Part shown: piece by piece, positions 1 through 6,490 of the stretch
How the letters are laid out: every line of letters begins with the position of its first letter
Numbering within the stretch: the first letter of the stretch is position 1
Virus record (IMG/VR): IMGVR_UViG_3300021430_000575
Location: 19,401 to 83,400 of that record
DNA from: a virus
Taxonomy: Duplodnaviria > Caudoviricetes
Strand: one strand, 5' to 3'
Length of the DNA: 64,000 bases
Made by a program: the position numbers and the translations under genes
Notes under the pieces: model-generated
Seen by the model: only the letters and a program-made list of their open reading frames with translations
Database searches by the model: none
Told to the model about the DNA's origin: nothing

Positions 1-1
1 T

Positions 2-292
2 AAGAATGTTACACATAATGATCCAATTTTTAACGGCTGGGATGCTGACATTCTTTTACATGATTATAAGATCGCAATCTTATGGAACGGTGATTGGCAT
101 TATCAAGAAATGAATTGTTATAACCATAGCTTAAAACAAGTGCAAAATCGAGACAAACATAAAAGTAAATTAATAAAAGAAGCAGGATGGGTTGAATATA
201 TTATCAAAGATACCACCAGAGAACCAACTACTCCAACAGATGCATTTAATTTATTGTTAAAATATATTAATGAGTATTGGTCCTACCATTGA
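2..292 (+). CDS. C-terminal part of a Vsr/DUF559-like endonuclease (5' end outside window)
   Basis: Frame open from base 2: KNVTHNDPIFNGWDADILLHDYKIAILWNGDWH...RDKHKSKLIKEAGW, resembling the D-x(8)-AI-x(2)-NGDxWH pattern of Vsr-like nucleases. Confidence 0.5.
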   Translation, partial: KNVTHNDPIFNGWDADILLHDYKIAILWNGDWHYQEMNCYNHSLKQVQNRDKHKSKLIKEAGWVEYIIKDTTREPTTPTDAFNLLLKYINEYWSYH

Positions 293-315
293 AATACACG
301 GGCATAATTTGGTAA

Positions 316-368
316 CAGAGTGCATGATACATGTGCTCATGTTTCACATGTACAGCTCATGCACTCTG
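316..368. other. Long hairpin in intergenic spacer
   Basis: CAGAGTGCATGA (316-327) pairs with TCATGCACTCTG (357-368); inner TACATGTG pairs with CACATGTA. Confidence 0.6.
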
Positions 369-410
369 CTTAGGGATTATTAGTGCTCGCGAAACACTTC
401 ACCCTAAAAC

Positions 411-490
411 TGGCTCGGGGCCCAGGAATCGAACCTGGCTGAACGTCCTGATTCAAAGTCAGGCCTCCACACCTTGCAGAGCCTCCCCGA
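411..490 (-). tRNA. tRNA-Gln(TTG)
   Basis: Anticodon arm CCTGA-CTTTGAA-TCAGG, T-arm CCAGG-TTCGATT-CCTGG, encoded CCA. Confidence 0.9.
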
Positions 491-496
491 AAAATT

Positions 497-570
497 TGGT
501 AGGGAATAACGGTACCGCCCCGCTTTAGCTGGTATGTAACACCAGTGCATTACTTTTATGCTAATTCCCC
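497..570 (-). tRNA. tRNA-Val(TAC), atypical T-loop and G32
   Basis: Acceptor GGGGAAT/ATTCCCT, anticodon arm CTGGT-GTTACAT-ACCAG, T-arm AGCGG-GGCGGTA-CCGTT, CCA. Confidence 0.8.
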
Positions 571-578
571 AAAACTCG

Positions 579-783
579 TATTGTGTGCTAGGCTTGATAC
601 TAGCTTGTAGGCGATAGGCGTGTAATGACGCCTCGTTTTACATCTTGTCCGGCGACCATACAGGACGGTGTTTATCCGCTCTGGGCAGCTCTGGTCTTGC
701 CCGCACCACCTGTAATCTCTTACAAGATACCGAACAAGTTCTCGCTCTACTGATTAACGTGTCCTATCCACGTTGACACAATA
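579..783 (-). ncRNA. Candidate ~205-nt multi-helix non-coding RNA, family unassigned
   Basis: Closing TATTGTGT/ACACAATA enclosing AACGTG/CACGTT, GTAG-AGCGA/TCGC-CTAC, ATCTTGT/ACAAGAT, TACAGG/CCTGTA, TGGTG/CACCG, GGGCA/TGCCC, AGGCGT/ACGCCT and GCTAG/CTAGC; no ORF of 60 aa or more in the track. Confidence 0.7.
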
Positions 784-785
784 TC

Positions 786-1052
786 TCAATCCATTAATTG
801 AACAAGGCTATCTGGAACTTTTTCGTATTCCTTTACCCATTTATCAGCTAACGGACATCCTGCATCTTGTGCCATGTAAGCAACAATAGCAAACTTATAA
901 CTATACTCATCAAAATATTCATCTGGTGTTCTATCTGGATCATCCCAGGTGCCCGGAGGCTGTGTAGTCAGCCATTCATTAAATTCTTTTAGATGACGCT
1001 CAACCATATCATTATAATCGTCCACAGTCATCGTTGATTGTTTCTTAGCCAT
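786..1052 (-). CDS. Hypothetical protein (88 aa)
   Basis: ORF with SD-like GGAG and an upstream sigma70-like promoter. Confidence 0.7.
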   Translation of the reverse strand: MAKKQSTMTVDDYNDMVERHLKEFNEWLTTQPPGTWDDPDRTPDEYFDEYSYKFAIVAYMAQDAGCPLADKWVKEYEKVPDSLVQLMD

Positions 1053-1071
1053 TGTATAACTCCATTGGCAT

Positions 1072-1099
1072 ATTTTAACAGATAAAATAACAATGTCAA
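1072..1099 (-). promoter_or_regulatory. sigma70-type promoter
   Basis: TTGACA (1099-1094), 16-nt spacer, extended -10 TGT-TAAAAT (TAAAAT at 1077-1072). Confidence 0.6.
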
Positions 1100-1109
1100 C
1101 TGTATAAAT

Positions 1110-1198
1110 TGGAGCGGTGCGGGGTAATCGAAACCCATGTACCTTTTACAGTCGTCGGGTTGGAAGCCCGATGAAGGCCCCAGCCTTCCGCACACCGC
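1110..1198 (-). tRNA. tRNA-Gly(TCC) with long variable region
   Basis: Acceptor GCGGTGT/GCACCGC, anticodon arm TCGGG-CTTCCAA-CCCGA, TTCGATT T-loop, CCA; 89 nt. Confidence 0.85.
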
Positions 1199-1203
1199 AT
1201 TAT

Positions 1204-1410
1204 TCATTTACAATTATATGTATAAACAAAAGTTGTTCCGTCATATGTAAGAAATTTTGGTTCGCACCAATTCTTCTTTTTATCTTTTGTTTGTTCTGTT
1301 TTCTTTTCATTGTCTTTCTTGTCATTGTCTTTCTTGTCGTCGTCTGCTGCATATGCAACAACTGGCATCAAGCAAAGACATAATAGCAAAGTTTTATACA
1401 TCAAAAACAC
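1204..1410 (-). CDS. Small secreted-type hypothetical protein
   Basis: Hydrophobic N-terminus ending AYA-A (signal peptide-like), then a D/K-rich repeat. Confidence 0.6.
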   Translation of the reverse strand: MFLMYKTLLLCLCLMPVVAYAADDDKKDNDKKDNEKKTEQTKDKKKNWCEPKFLTYDGTTFVYTYNCK

Positions 1411-1418
1411 CTTGTATT

Positions 1419-1516
1419 TGGTGAAGTGGGATGGATTTTAACCACAATCTGCTCGCAGCAGCGGAAAGGCACGACCCGGGATCCTTTCCGGCAGCACGTT
1501 CCTCTGCCGCCACTTC
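1419..1516 (-). ncRNA. tRNA-like RNA with 6-bp D-stem and 13-nt anticodon-position loop
   Basis: Acceptor GAAGTGG/CCACTTC-A-CCA; CGGCAG/CTGCCG; GAAAGG-ATCCCGGGTCGTG-CCTTTC; variable arm CTGCT/AGCAG; T-arm GTGG-TTAAAAT-CCAT. Confidence 0.75.
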
Positions 1517-1526
1517 ATAAAACTTT

Positions 1527-1603
1527 TGGTACCTGAGGTCGGATTCGAACCGACACTGGAACGCTCCTAAGGCGTTTGCCTCCTACCGTTGGGCTACTCA
1601 GGC
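1527..1603 (-). tRNA. tRNA-Leu(TAG), short variable loop
   Basis: Acceptor GCCTGAG/CTCAGGT, AACGC-CTTAGGA-GCGTT, GTCGG-TTCGAAT-CCGAC, CCA; 77 nt. Confidence 0.9.
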
Positions 1604-1617
1604 ATAAACTCTAAATA

Positions 1618-1684
1618 TGATAGGTTCTTCCCTTTTAGGGGGCAGGAAGATTACGCTGTGGCCCCACTCCGATACTACCTATCA
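1618..1684 (-). ncRNA. Small spacer RNA with possible H-type pseudoknot
   Basis: Closing TGATAGGT/ACCTATCA; GGGGC/GCCCC stem whose loop segment TCTTCC can pair with downstream GGAAGA. Confidence 0.45.
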
Positions 1685-1691
1685 CGTATAT

Positions 1692-1776
1692 TGGTGGGCA
1701 AGGTTGGACTCGAACTTGCCCACCGTACGGCAATGTCCTCTAAGACTATCTCAGCTACCAGCTACGACACATCTGC
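1692..1776 (-). pseudogene. Degenerate/chimeric tRNA-Leu(TAG)
   Basis: Leu-like 5' body GCAGATG...GTCTTAGAGGAC...GTTCGAGTCC, but 3' strand CTTGCCC-A-CCA does not pair with GCAGATG; 5' end overlaps the last codons of the HNH gene. Confidence 0.6.
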
Positions 1777-2214
1777 AATTTCTTTCTTTTTTCTACCACC
1801 TTTGTGATGTAATGCAAGTTTTTTCTTGTGTTCTTCTGACTTAGGTTTTCCTTTATTTCCACGTCCGTGTGTATTACCAGTTTTACCTTTGGAGTTCATT
1901 TTGCATGCCTCTTCGTAACCATACTTTTCTACCATTTTTTCCCAAATACTCTTTCCGCCATTATTCATGTAATCCCTTCTATTTTCTTTTGCTGTTCCCC
2001 AATACAAATGGTTAGGGTTACTACAACTACCATTATGGCATGCATGGCACACATGAATTTTATGTCCAGAAGGGATAGTAGTATTATGTATATGAGCCAG
2101 TAATCCTTTACAATACATGCTCTGGCCGCCACGTTCCAAGCAAGGCTCATCTAATTTCAAGTGTTTTTGTCTATCTTCCTTGGGTAATTTAATATATTCA
2201 TTGATATCTTTCAT
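1762..2214 (-). CDS. HNH homing endonuclease
   Basis: VCHACHNGSCSNPNHLYWGTAKENRRD HNH motif; basic C-terminal DNA-binding tail. Confidence 0.8.
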   Translation of the reverse strand: MKDINEYIKLPKEDRQKHLKLDEPCLERGGQSMYCKGLLAHIHNTTIPSGHKIHVCHACHNGSCSNPNHLYWGTAKENRRDYMNNGGKSIWEKMVEKYGYEEACKMNSKGKTGNTHGRGNKGKPKSEEHKKKLALHHKGGRKKKEIADVS

Positions 2215-2229
2215 AATAATAACCTGTAA

Positions 2230-2454
2230 TCACCTATCATATAAATTACATACCCTAAACATACGCAGATCTTCTTGATATTTAAATCTCAATTCATAAG
2301 CATCAAACAGATATGTATATGGAGAATTATAAAATTTTACATACCATCGTTTTCCATAATCACCTAGGTTGGCATAACACCACTTTTCCATATCATAAGT
2401 TGAAACCAGCCATGGTTTACTAATTCGTTGTTTATACCAAAAGAATTTAAACAC
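2230..2454 (-). CDS. Hypothetical protein (74 aa)
   Basis: ORF overlapping its neighbour in operon fashion. Confidence 0.6.
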   Translation of the reverse strand: MFKFFWYKQRISKPWLVSTYDMEKWCYANLGDYGKRWYVKFYNSPYTYLFDAYELRFKYQEDLRMFRVCNLYDR

Positions 2455-2689
2455 GATCTATATTCGCCAAGATAAAAAATGTTCGATCGTCATCGTTTTC
2501 AAAAATAAACATATTAGCCGGTCTAGAAATATCTAATCTATTCATAGTTTGAGGAATCCATTTGGTATCTAGGTCCCATTTATTACCTCGTAGACTGATA
2601 TGGTCATTACACCATCGAATCATATTATTAATTTCAGCACGATTATATGATAACGGAACCACATAATTAATATTGGTAAATCTATTCAT
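2447..2689 (-). CDS. Hypothetical protein (80 aa)
   Basis: ORF; WC...G..W pattern similar to 2230..2454. Confidence 0.6.
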   Translation of the reverse strand: MNRFTNINYVVPLSYNRAEINNMIRWCNDHISLRGNKWDLDTKWIPQTMNRLDISRPANMFIFENDDDRTFFILANIDRV

Positions 2690-2733
2690 TGTATACTTTT
2701 ATAATGAATAATATTTCTAGTCAATGAATAAAA

Positions 2734-2808
2734 TGGAGGACCGTGTGAGGCTCGAACTCACCGGTGTCGGATTAAGAGTCCAACTGACCCACCCGGGTGC
2801 TACGGTCC
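2734..2808 (-). tRNA. tRNA-Lys(CTT)
   Basis: GGACCGT/ACGGTCC-T-CCA, TTGGA-CTCTTAA-TCCGA, TTCGAGC T-loop. Confidence 0.9.
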
Positions 2809-2814
2809 ATAAAT

Positions 2815-2901
2815 TGGCTGCCCCTCTAGGATTCGAACCTAGACTGAAGTTATCTCTACAGATTCAAAGTCTGTCTGCCTACCAATTAGCATCAAGGGGC
2901 A
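2815..2901 (-). tRNA. tRNA-Gln(TTG) with long variable arm
   Basis: TGCCCCT/AGGGGCA-G-CCA, ACAGA-CTTTGAA-TCTGT, variable region AGAGATAACTTCAGT, CTAGG-TTCGAAT-CCTAG. Confidence 0.9.
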
Positions 2902-2911
2902 ATAATTTCAA

Positions 2912-3250
2912 CTACTTTTTTTCAAACTTTTTCTTTAGACGAAGATATTCTCTTTTTTCTGCGGCTAAAGTCTTTTTATCTTTTTCTTCTTTTTTTGCTT
3001 TTTCATGCGCTAGAGCACTTTCATATCTTGCAATACGTTCATTCATTTCTAGATCAGTTTCTGGCTCATACCAGACTAGATTGACGTTGCAGTCTTCATA
3101 ATACCAATCGAGTTCAATTGTAGCTTTTGTATTGTTGTTGCAGATCTTTAAGATATCACCGAGCGACATTGAATCTGAGATATCATGCTCTCGTCTAACA
3201 TCCTGTCGCTTTTTATAATCATATTTTTCTTTAGCCATATTGCACACCAT
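2912..3250 (-). CDS. Hypothetical protein with charged helical C-terminus
   Basis: 112-aa ORF. Confidence 0.65.
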   Translation of the reverse strand: MVCNMAKEKYDYKKRQDVRREHDISDSMSLGDILKICNNNTKATIELDWYYEDCNVNLVWYEPETDLEMNERIARYESALAHEKAKKEEKDKKTLAAEKREYLRLKKKFEKK

Positions 3251-3376
3251 ATAAAAATGAATACTCTAACTTACCCCAGATTCTATATATAGTATCAATT
3301 GTCCAAATACTTTACAAGAGTTGGAATAAGTTTAATTATTTTACAATAAAATTGTTTGTATATATAATTTATAAAT

Positions 3377-4108
3377 ATGTCAATACATCAAATAAATTAT
3401 TTTAATTTTAACTTTCTTAATAACAAATATACAAAATGGTATATTACTATTATTCAAAATGCATTAGCAAGAGATGAGGTTACATCTTATACTGAAATTC
3501 ATCATATTATACCACGGTCATTTGGCGGTTCTAATGACAAAAGTAATTTAGTTAAACTTCTAGCTAGAGAACATTATATAGTACATTTATTATTGCCTAA
3601 AATGGTTGCTGGACAACACAAACATAAAATGCAAGTGGCGTTATGGAATATGATGATTAAATCTAAAGATAGGTATATACCACATAATAAACAATATGAG
3701 ATCATTAAAAAAAATATGGCAATAGCATTATCTGTGTTACATAAAGGTAAAGAATCAAAACTTAAAGGTAGACCAAACAATAAAATACCATGGAATAAAG
3801 GTTTAACAGGAGTGCCCAGACATTATACAGAAGAAGGGATGAAGAAATTAAGAGCACCTAAAAGTGATGAAACTCGAAAACGTATTAGTCAAAGTATTAA
3901 AAATCGTAAAACTAAAAAAGGGTACACCCCCGCACCAAAAATGAAATTTATATTAAAAAATATAATAACCAACGAAATTGCGGAAACTACCAATATAACA
4001 AAATGGTGTAAAGAAACCGGTTTCAACTCAAGTTGGTTGTATCGAGATAAAAGCAATTGGAAGATTATTGAAAAATATAAACTTAAAGATGGGTCTAAAA
4101 TTTTATAG
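3377..4108 (+). CDS. HNH homing endonuclease with NUMOD3-like motifs
   Basis: EIHHIIPRSFGGSNDKSNLVKLLAREHYIVHLLL; PKSDETRKRISQS repeat; opposite strand to the tRNAs. Confidence 0.85.
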   Translation: MSIHQINYFNFNFLNNKYTKWYITIIQNALARDEVTSYTEIHHIIPRSFGGSNDKSNLVKLLAREHYIVHLLLPKMVAGQHKHKMQVALWNMMIKSKDRYIPHNKQYEIIKKNMAIALSVLHKGKESKLKGRPNNKIPWNKGLTGVPRHYTEEGMKKLRAPKSDETRKRISQSIKNRKTKKGYTPAPKMKFILKNIITNEIAETTNITKWCKETGFNSSWLYRDKSNWKIIEKYKLKDGSKIL

Positions 4109-4119
4109 GCAAGAAATAT

Positions 4120-4203
4120 TGGAAGACCGGTGAGGTTCTGCCCCTCTTACGGGAGGATTAAAAGTCCTCTGGCGAGACTACTCTGCCTTTACGTTACCGG
4201 TCC
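4120..4203 (-). tRNA. tRNA-Lys(TTT), enlarged D region, atypical T-loop
   Basis: GGACCGG/CCGGTCT-T-CCA, GAGGA-CTTTTAA-TCCTC, T-loop GGCAGAA. Confidence 0.8.
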
Positions 4204-4409
4204 ATTACTTATAATTTCACAAACTAAGCCTTGTTCTTCATAGTTTAGCCTAGTCCAAGTTTTACTATACATGTCTGATGCAGCTTTAAACTGCTTAATT
4301 GAGTCTTTATTATTCCAATCTACTGGAAGGGTGTCAAGTACTCGATAGTATAAATCTACTACTTCTTGTAGGCGTCCTGCGGTGTCATATTATCAACCTC
4401 CTATAAAAT

Positions 4410-4497
4410 TGGGGGACCGGGAGGGAATTGAACCCATCCGTGCCTGTTAAGGCGGGAGATTAAAAGTCTCCTGTCAACACCAGTCGACAACCGGTCC
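4410..4497 (-). tRNA. tRNA-Lys(TTT) with long variable arm
   Basis: GGACCGG/CCGGTCC-C-CCA, GGAGA-CTTTTAA-TCTCC, variable arm GCCT-TAAC-AGGC, TTCAATT T-loop. Confidence 0.85.
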
Positions 4498-4526
4498 GTT
4501 ATCTCATTAACAACAGCAGTATAACA

Positions 4527-4663
4527 CAGGTATTATGCTTTTCCTAGCATATTCATCTAGCATCCTAGATGTACCTGCTAAATTTTAAAATACATAGTTA
4601 GTCTTATTCTTCGAGCAGGTATATCGACTATACCACCTTGGTAGGTAATTGCGCACTATGTAT
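4527..4663 (-). ncRNA. Two adjacent structured spacer RNAs
   Basis: 4590-4663: closing ATACATAGT/ACTATGTAT with inner GGTATA/TATACC. 4527-4577: three-way junction CAGGTA/TACCTG, CATCTAG/CTAGATG, ATGCT/AGCAT. Confidence 0.5.
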
Positions 4664-4666
4664 GAT

Positions 4667-4743
4667 TGGCGACTCTTAGGGGTACTGCCCCCCTCATTTC
4701 CGCCGTGACAGGGCGGCGTCTTCACTATGCAGACCCAAGAGCC
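4667..4743 (-). tRNA. tRNA-Asp(GTC), atypical T-loop
   Basis: GGCTCTT/AAGAGTC-G-CCA, CCGCC-CTGTCAC-GGCGG, AGGGG-GGCAGTA-CCCCT. Confidence 0.85.
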
Positions 4744-4753
4744 AATATAAATC

Positions 4754-5371
4754 TTATTTTGATATTTTTCTACCTTTATACCATCCAACCGGAATTTCAT
4801 CATTCTTCATTATTGATTTAGATGTTAGTCCGTTGGTGATCCACATTTTACCGTACTGTGAATTATTCTTACCAGTCTGCTTACCTTTTAGTGCAGCAAA
4901 TATTTTTTGTTTGCTATCTAATGTATGATGTTTACCTTTAAAGGTATCGTATCTTAATAATCCAAGCTTATGCCATTCTCTTAATCGTTTTGATCCTGCC
5001 GGATTTTTACGTCCTATATTTCCTTGTTGCAATTTTTTTATAATAGCGGAAACATCTCTTTTAGTATTGTTTAGATTGTTTCTATTAATATAGCTAAATC
5101 CACCGTGTCCACCTTCACATATATTATATGTATCTTTACGTAAACAAAATTCTTCTGTGACCAATTCTTTTTCTTTATTATTCATTTCATTTTCAGTTTT
5201 AAAAACAAATAATATTTCGTTTTTAAAATTGTTAATACCATATTTCTTTATGGCTCTTTTAAGAAGCTTCCCAGATCCAAAATAATCATCATTTATATCT
5301 TTAGTTTTATGTTTACCAATATAAATCTTATTATTGATTAAATTGGTTATTTGATAAATGATATAGTATAT
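4754..5371 (-). CDS. GIY-YIG homing endonuclease (Seg-like), probable ATA start
   Basis: Track ORF starts at 5185, but the frame is open upstream through YYIIYQITNLINNKIYIGKHKT...YFGSG; first codon after SD GAGGT is ATA (5371-5369); 206 codons including stop. Confidence 0.8.
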   Translation of the reverse strand: MYYIIYQITNLINNKIYIGKHKTKDINDDYFGSGKLLKRAIKKYGINNFKNEILFVFKTENEMNNKEKELVTEEFCLRKDTYNICEGGHGGFSYINRNNLNNTKRDVSAIIKKLQQGNIGRKNPAGSKRLREWHKLGLLRYDTFKGKHHTLDSKQKIFAALKGKQTGKNNSQYGKMWITNGLTSKSIMKNDEIPVGWYKGRKISK

Positions 5372-5378
5372 CTCTTTA

Positions 5379-5432
5379 CCTCTGTTTTCTATGAATAAGT
5401 CTTACATATTGCTTATTTATAAAAAACAGAGG
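5379..5432 (-). promoter_or_regulatory. RBS-sequestering hairpin containing a TATAAATA late-promoter motif
   Basis: CCTCTGTTTT (5432-5423) pairs with AAAACAGAGG (5388-5379, contains SD); TATAAATA at 5421-5414 in the 5' arm. Confidence 0.7.
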
Positions 5433-5438
5433 CCTATG

Positions 5439-5518
5439 CGCCGACGACGGGATTCGAACCCGCCTTGCTGTAAAGCCCTGTTAGACAGACAGGTGATCTC
5501 CCCGAGATCTACGTCGGC
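5439..5518 (-). tRNA. tRNA-Asp(GTC) with variable arm, CCA not encoded
   Basis: GCCGACG/CGTCGGC-G, CCTGT-CTGTCTA-ACAGG (pyrimidine at 37), variable arm GCT-TTAC-AGC, GCGGG-TTCGAAT-CCCGT. Confidence 0.8.
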
Positions 5519-5576
5519 ATAAATCAGTATTCTATTTTACAATATGAAATGCAATGACATGTCGAGACAAACTTTA

Positions 5577-5963
5577 TTATATCCAATCTGATTTATGTTG
5601 AATATAGTATGGATTATTATCTTTTTTGTAATGCACACCTTCAACTTTGCTTCCTTTAGCTTTATTGCATGCTGTGCATAATATTTGAAGATTGTTCAAA
5701 TCTAATCTTGAATCCCAAAAATATCTAACAGGTTTTATATGATCAATATTTAGATATTTTTGATTTGAATCGTTTAGGTTTCCTTGACACCCATTACATA
5801 CCAATTCTTTATTTTGAAGAAACTCTTTTCGACATTCCTTCCATTCATGAGAATGATAAAAGTCATATATTTCATCATATGACTTGTTTGAGTATTTAGT
5901 AACCGATACATTATGATTATGAACCGTTATGTACTGTTTTCTACGCTTTTTATAAAATGACAT
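5577..5963 (-). CDS. HNH endonuclease (McrA-like zinc-finger HNH)
   Basis: CNGC...LNIDHIKPVRYFWDSRLDLNNLQILCTACNKAKG. Confidence 0.85.
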   Translation of the reverse strand: MSFYKKRRKQYITVHNHNVSVTKYSNKSYDEIYDFYHSHEWKECRKEFLQNKELVCNGCQGNLNDSNQKYLNIDHIKPVRYFWDSRLDLNNLQILCTACNKAKGSKVEGVHYKKDNNPYYIQHKSDWI

Positions 5964-6000
5964 GCAATATATGTAATATAATATTTTTGATATTGCAAAA

Positions 6001-6078
6001 TGGAGCGCCCGGTGGAATTCGAATCCACACTATCTTCTGCTTCGTAGGCAGATGCTTATCCAATTAAGCTTCGGACGC
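6001..6078 (-). tRNA. tRNA-Arg(ACG)
   Basis: GCGTCCG/CGGGCGC, TCTGC-CTACGAA-GCAGA, TTCGAAT T-loop, CCA. Confidence 0.95.
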
Positions 6079-6088
6079 ATAAAATCGT

Positions 6089-6160
6089 GCTAACCATTTA
6101 CCAGGTATACATAAAATATACCACCTATCGTCATCACATCACGAGGAGGAAGATGTTAGC
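6089..6160 (-). ncRNA. Structured spacer RNA
   Basis: Closing GCTAAC/GTTAGC, ACATC/GATGT hairpin, AGGTGGTATA...TATACCTG hairpin also present in the 4590-4663 element. Confidence 0.45.
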
Positions 6161-6174
6161 GTTCTTGTTAAATA

Positions 6175-6250
6175 TGGTGCCGCCCCTCGGGATCGAACCG
6201 AGATATCACGTTCTTCAGACGTGCGCCTGAACCATCACGGCCAAAGCGGC
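6175..6250 (-). tRNA. tRNA-Phe(GAA)
   Basis: GCCGCTT/GGGCGGC, CACGT-CTGAAGA-ACGTG, CTCGG-TTCGATC-CCGAG, CCA. Confidence 0.95.
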
Positions 6251-6258
6251 ATTTAAAT

Positions 6259-6334
6259 TGGCTCCCAGGGAGGGCTTCGAACCCCCAACCACCCGGTTAA
6301 CAGCCGAGGGCTCTACCGATTGAGCTACCTAGGA
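6259..6334 (-). tRNA. tRNA-Asn(GTT)
   Basis: TCCTAGG/CCTGGGA, CTCGG-CTGTTAA-CCGGG, canonical D and T arms, CCA. Confidence 0.95.
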
Positions 6335-6351
6335 ATAAAACTTTACTAAAA

Positions 6352-6484
6352 TGGCGGTAACATGTGGATTTTAACCACAAGCCTAACATTCTGTAGAATG
6401 GTCTTTGATTTATACTCTAATTATCAAAGTTTTATAGGCTCATACTCATCTGAGTGGAGTATGCAATCCCCTGCTTATGTTACC
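6352..6484 (-). ncRNA. 133-nt tRNA-like RNA with a branched domain in place of the anticodon arm
   Basis: Acceptor GGTAACA/TGTTACC-G-CCA, T-arm TGTGG-TTAAAAT-CCACA, internal helices ATACTC/GAGTAT, GAGCCTA/TAGGCTT, CTTTGAT/ATCAAAG, CATTC/GAATG. Confidence 0.8.
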
Positions 6485-6490
6485 ATAAAA

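Noticed and set aside
1419-1516. Possible tRNA-Sec
   Set aside because: The D-stem is Sec-like, but there is no UCA anticodon and the acceptor is 7 bp rather than 8.
4205-4395. SD GGAGG plus ATG at 4388 followed by a ~60-codon open stretch in the -1 frame
   Set aside because: The ATG frame stops after 9 codons and no slippery site is evident; most likely a decayed small gene, not programmed frameshifting.
6352-6484. Possible tmRNA
   Set aside because: No G3:U70 alanine determinant, no tag reading frame, and too short.
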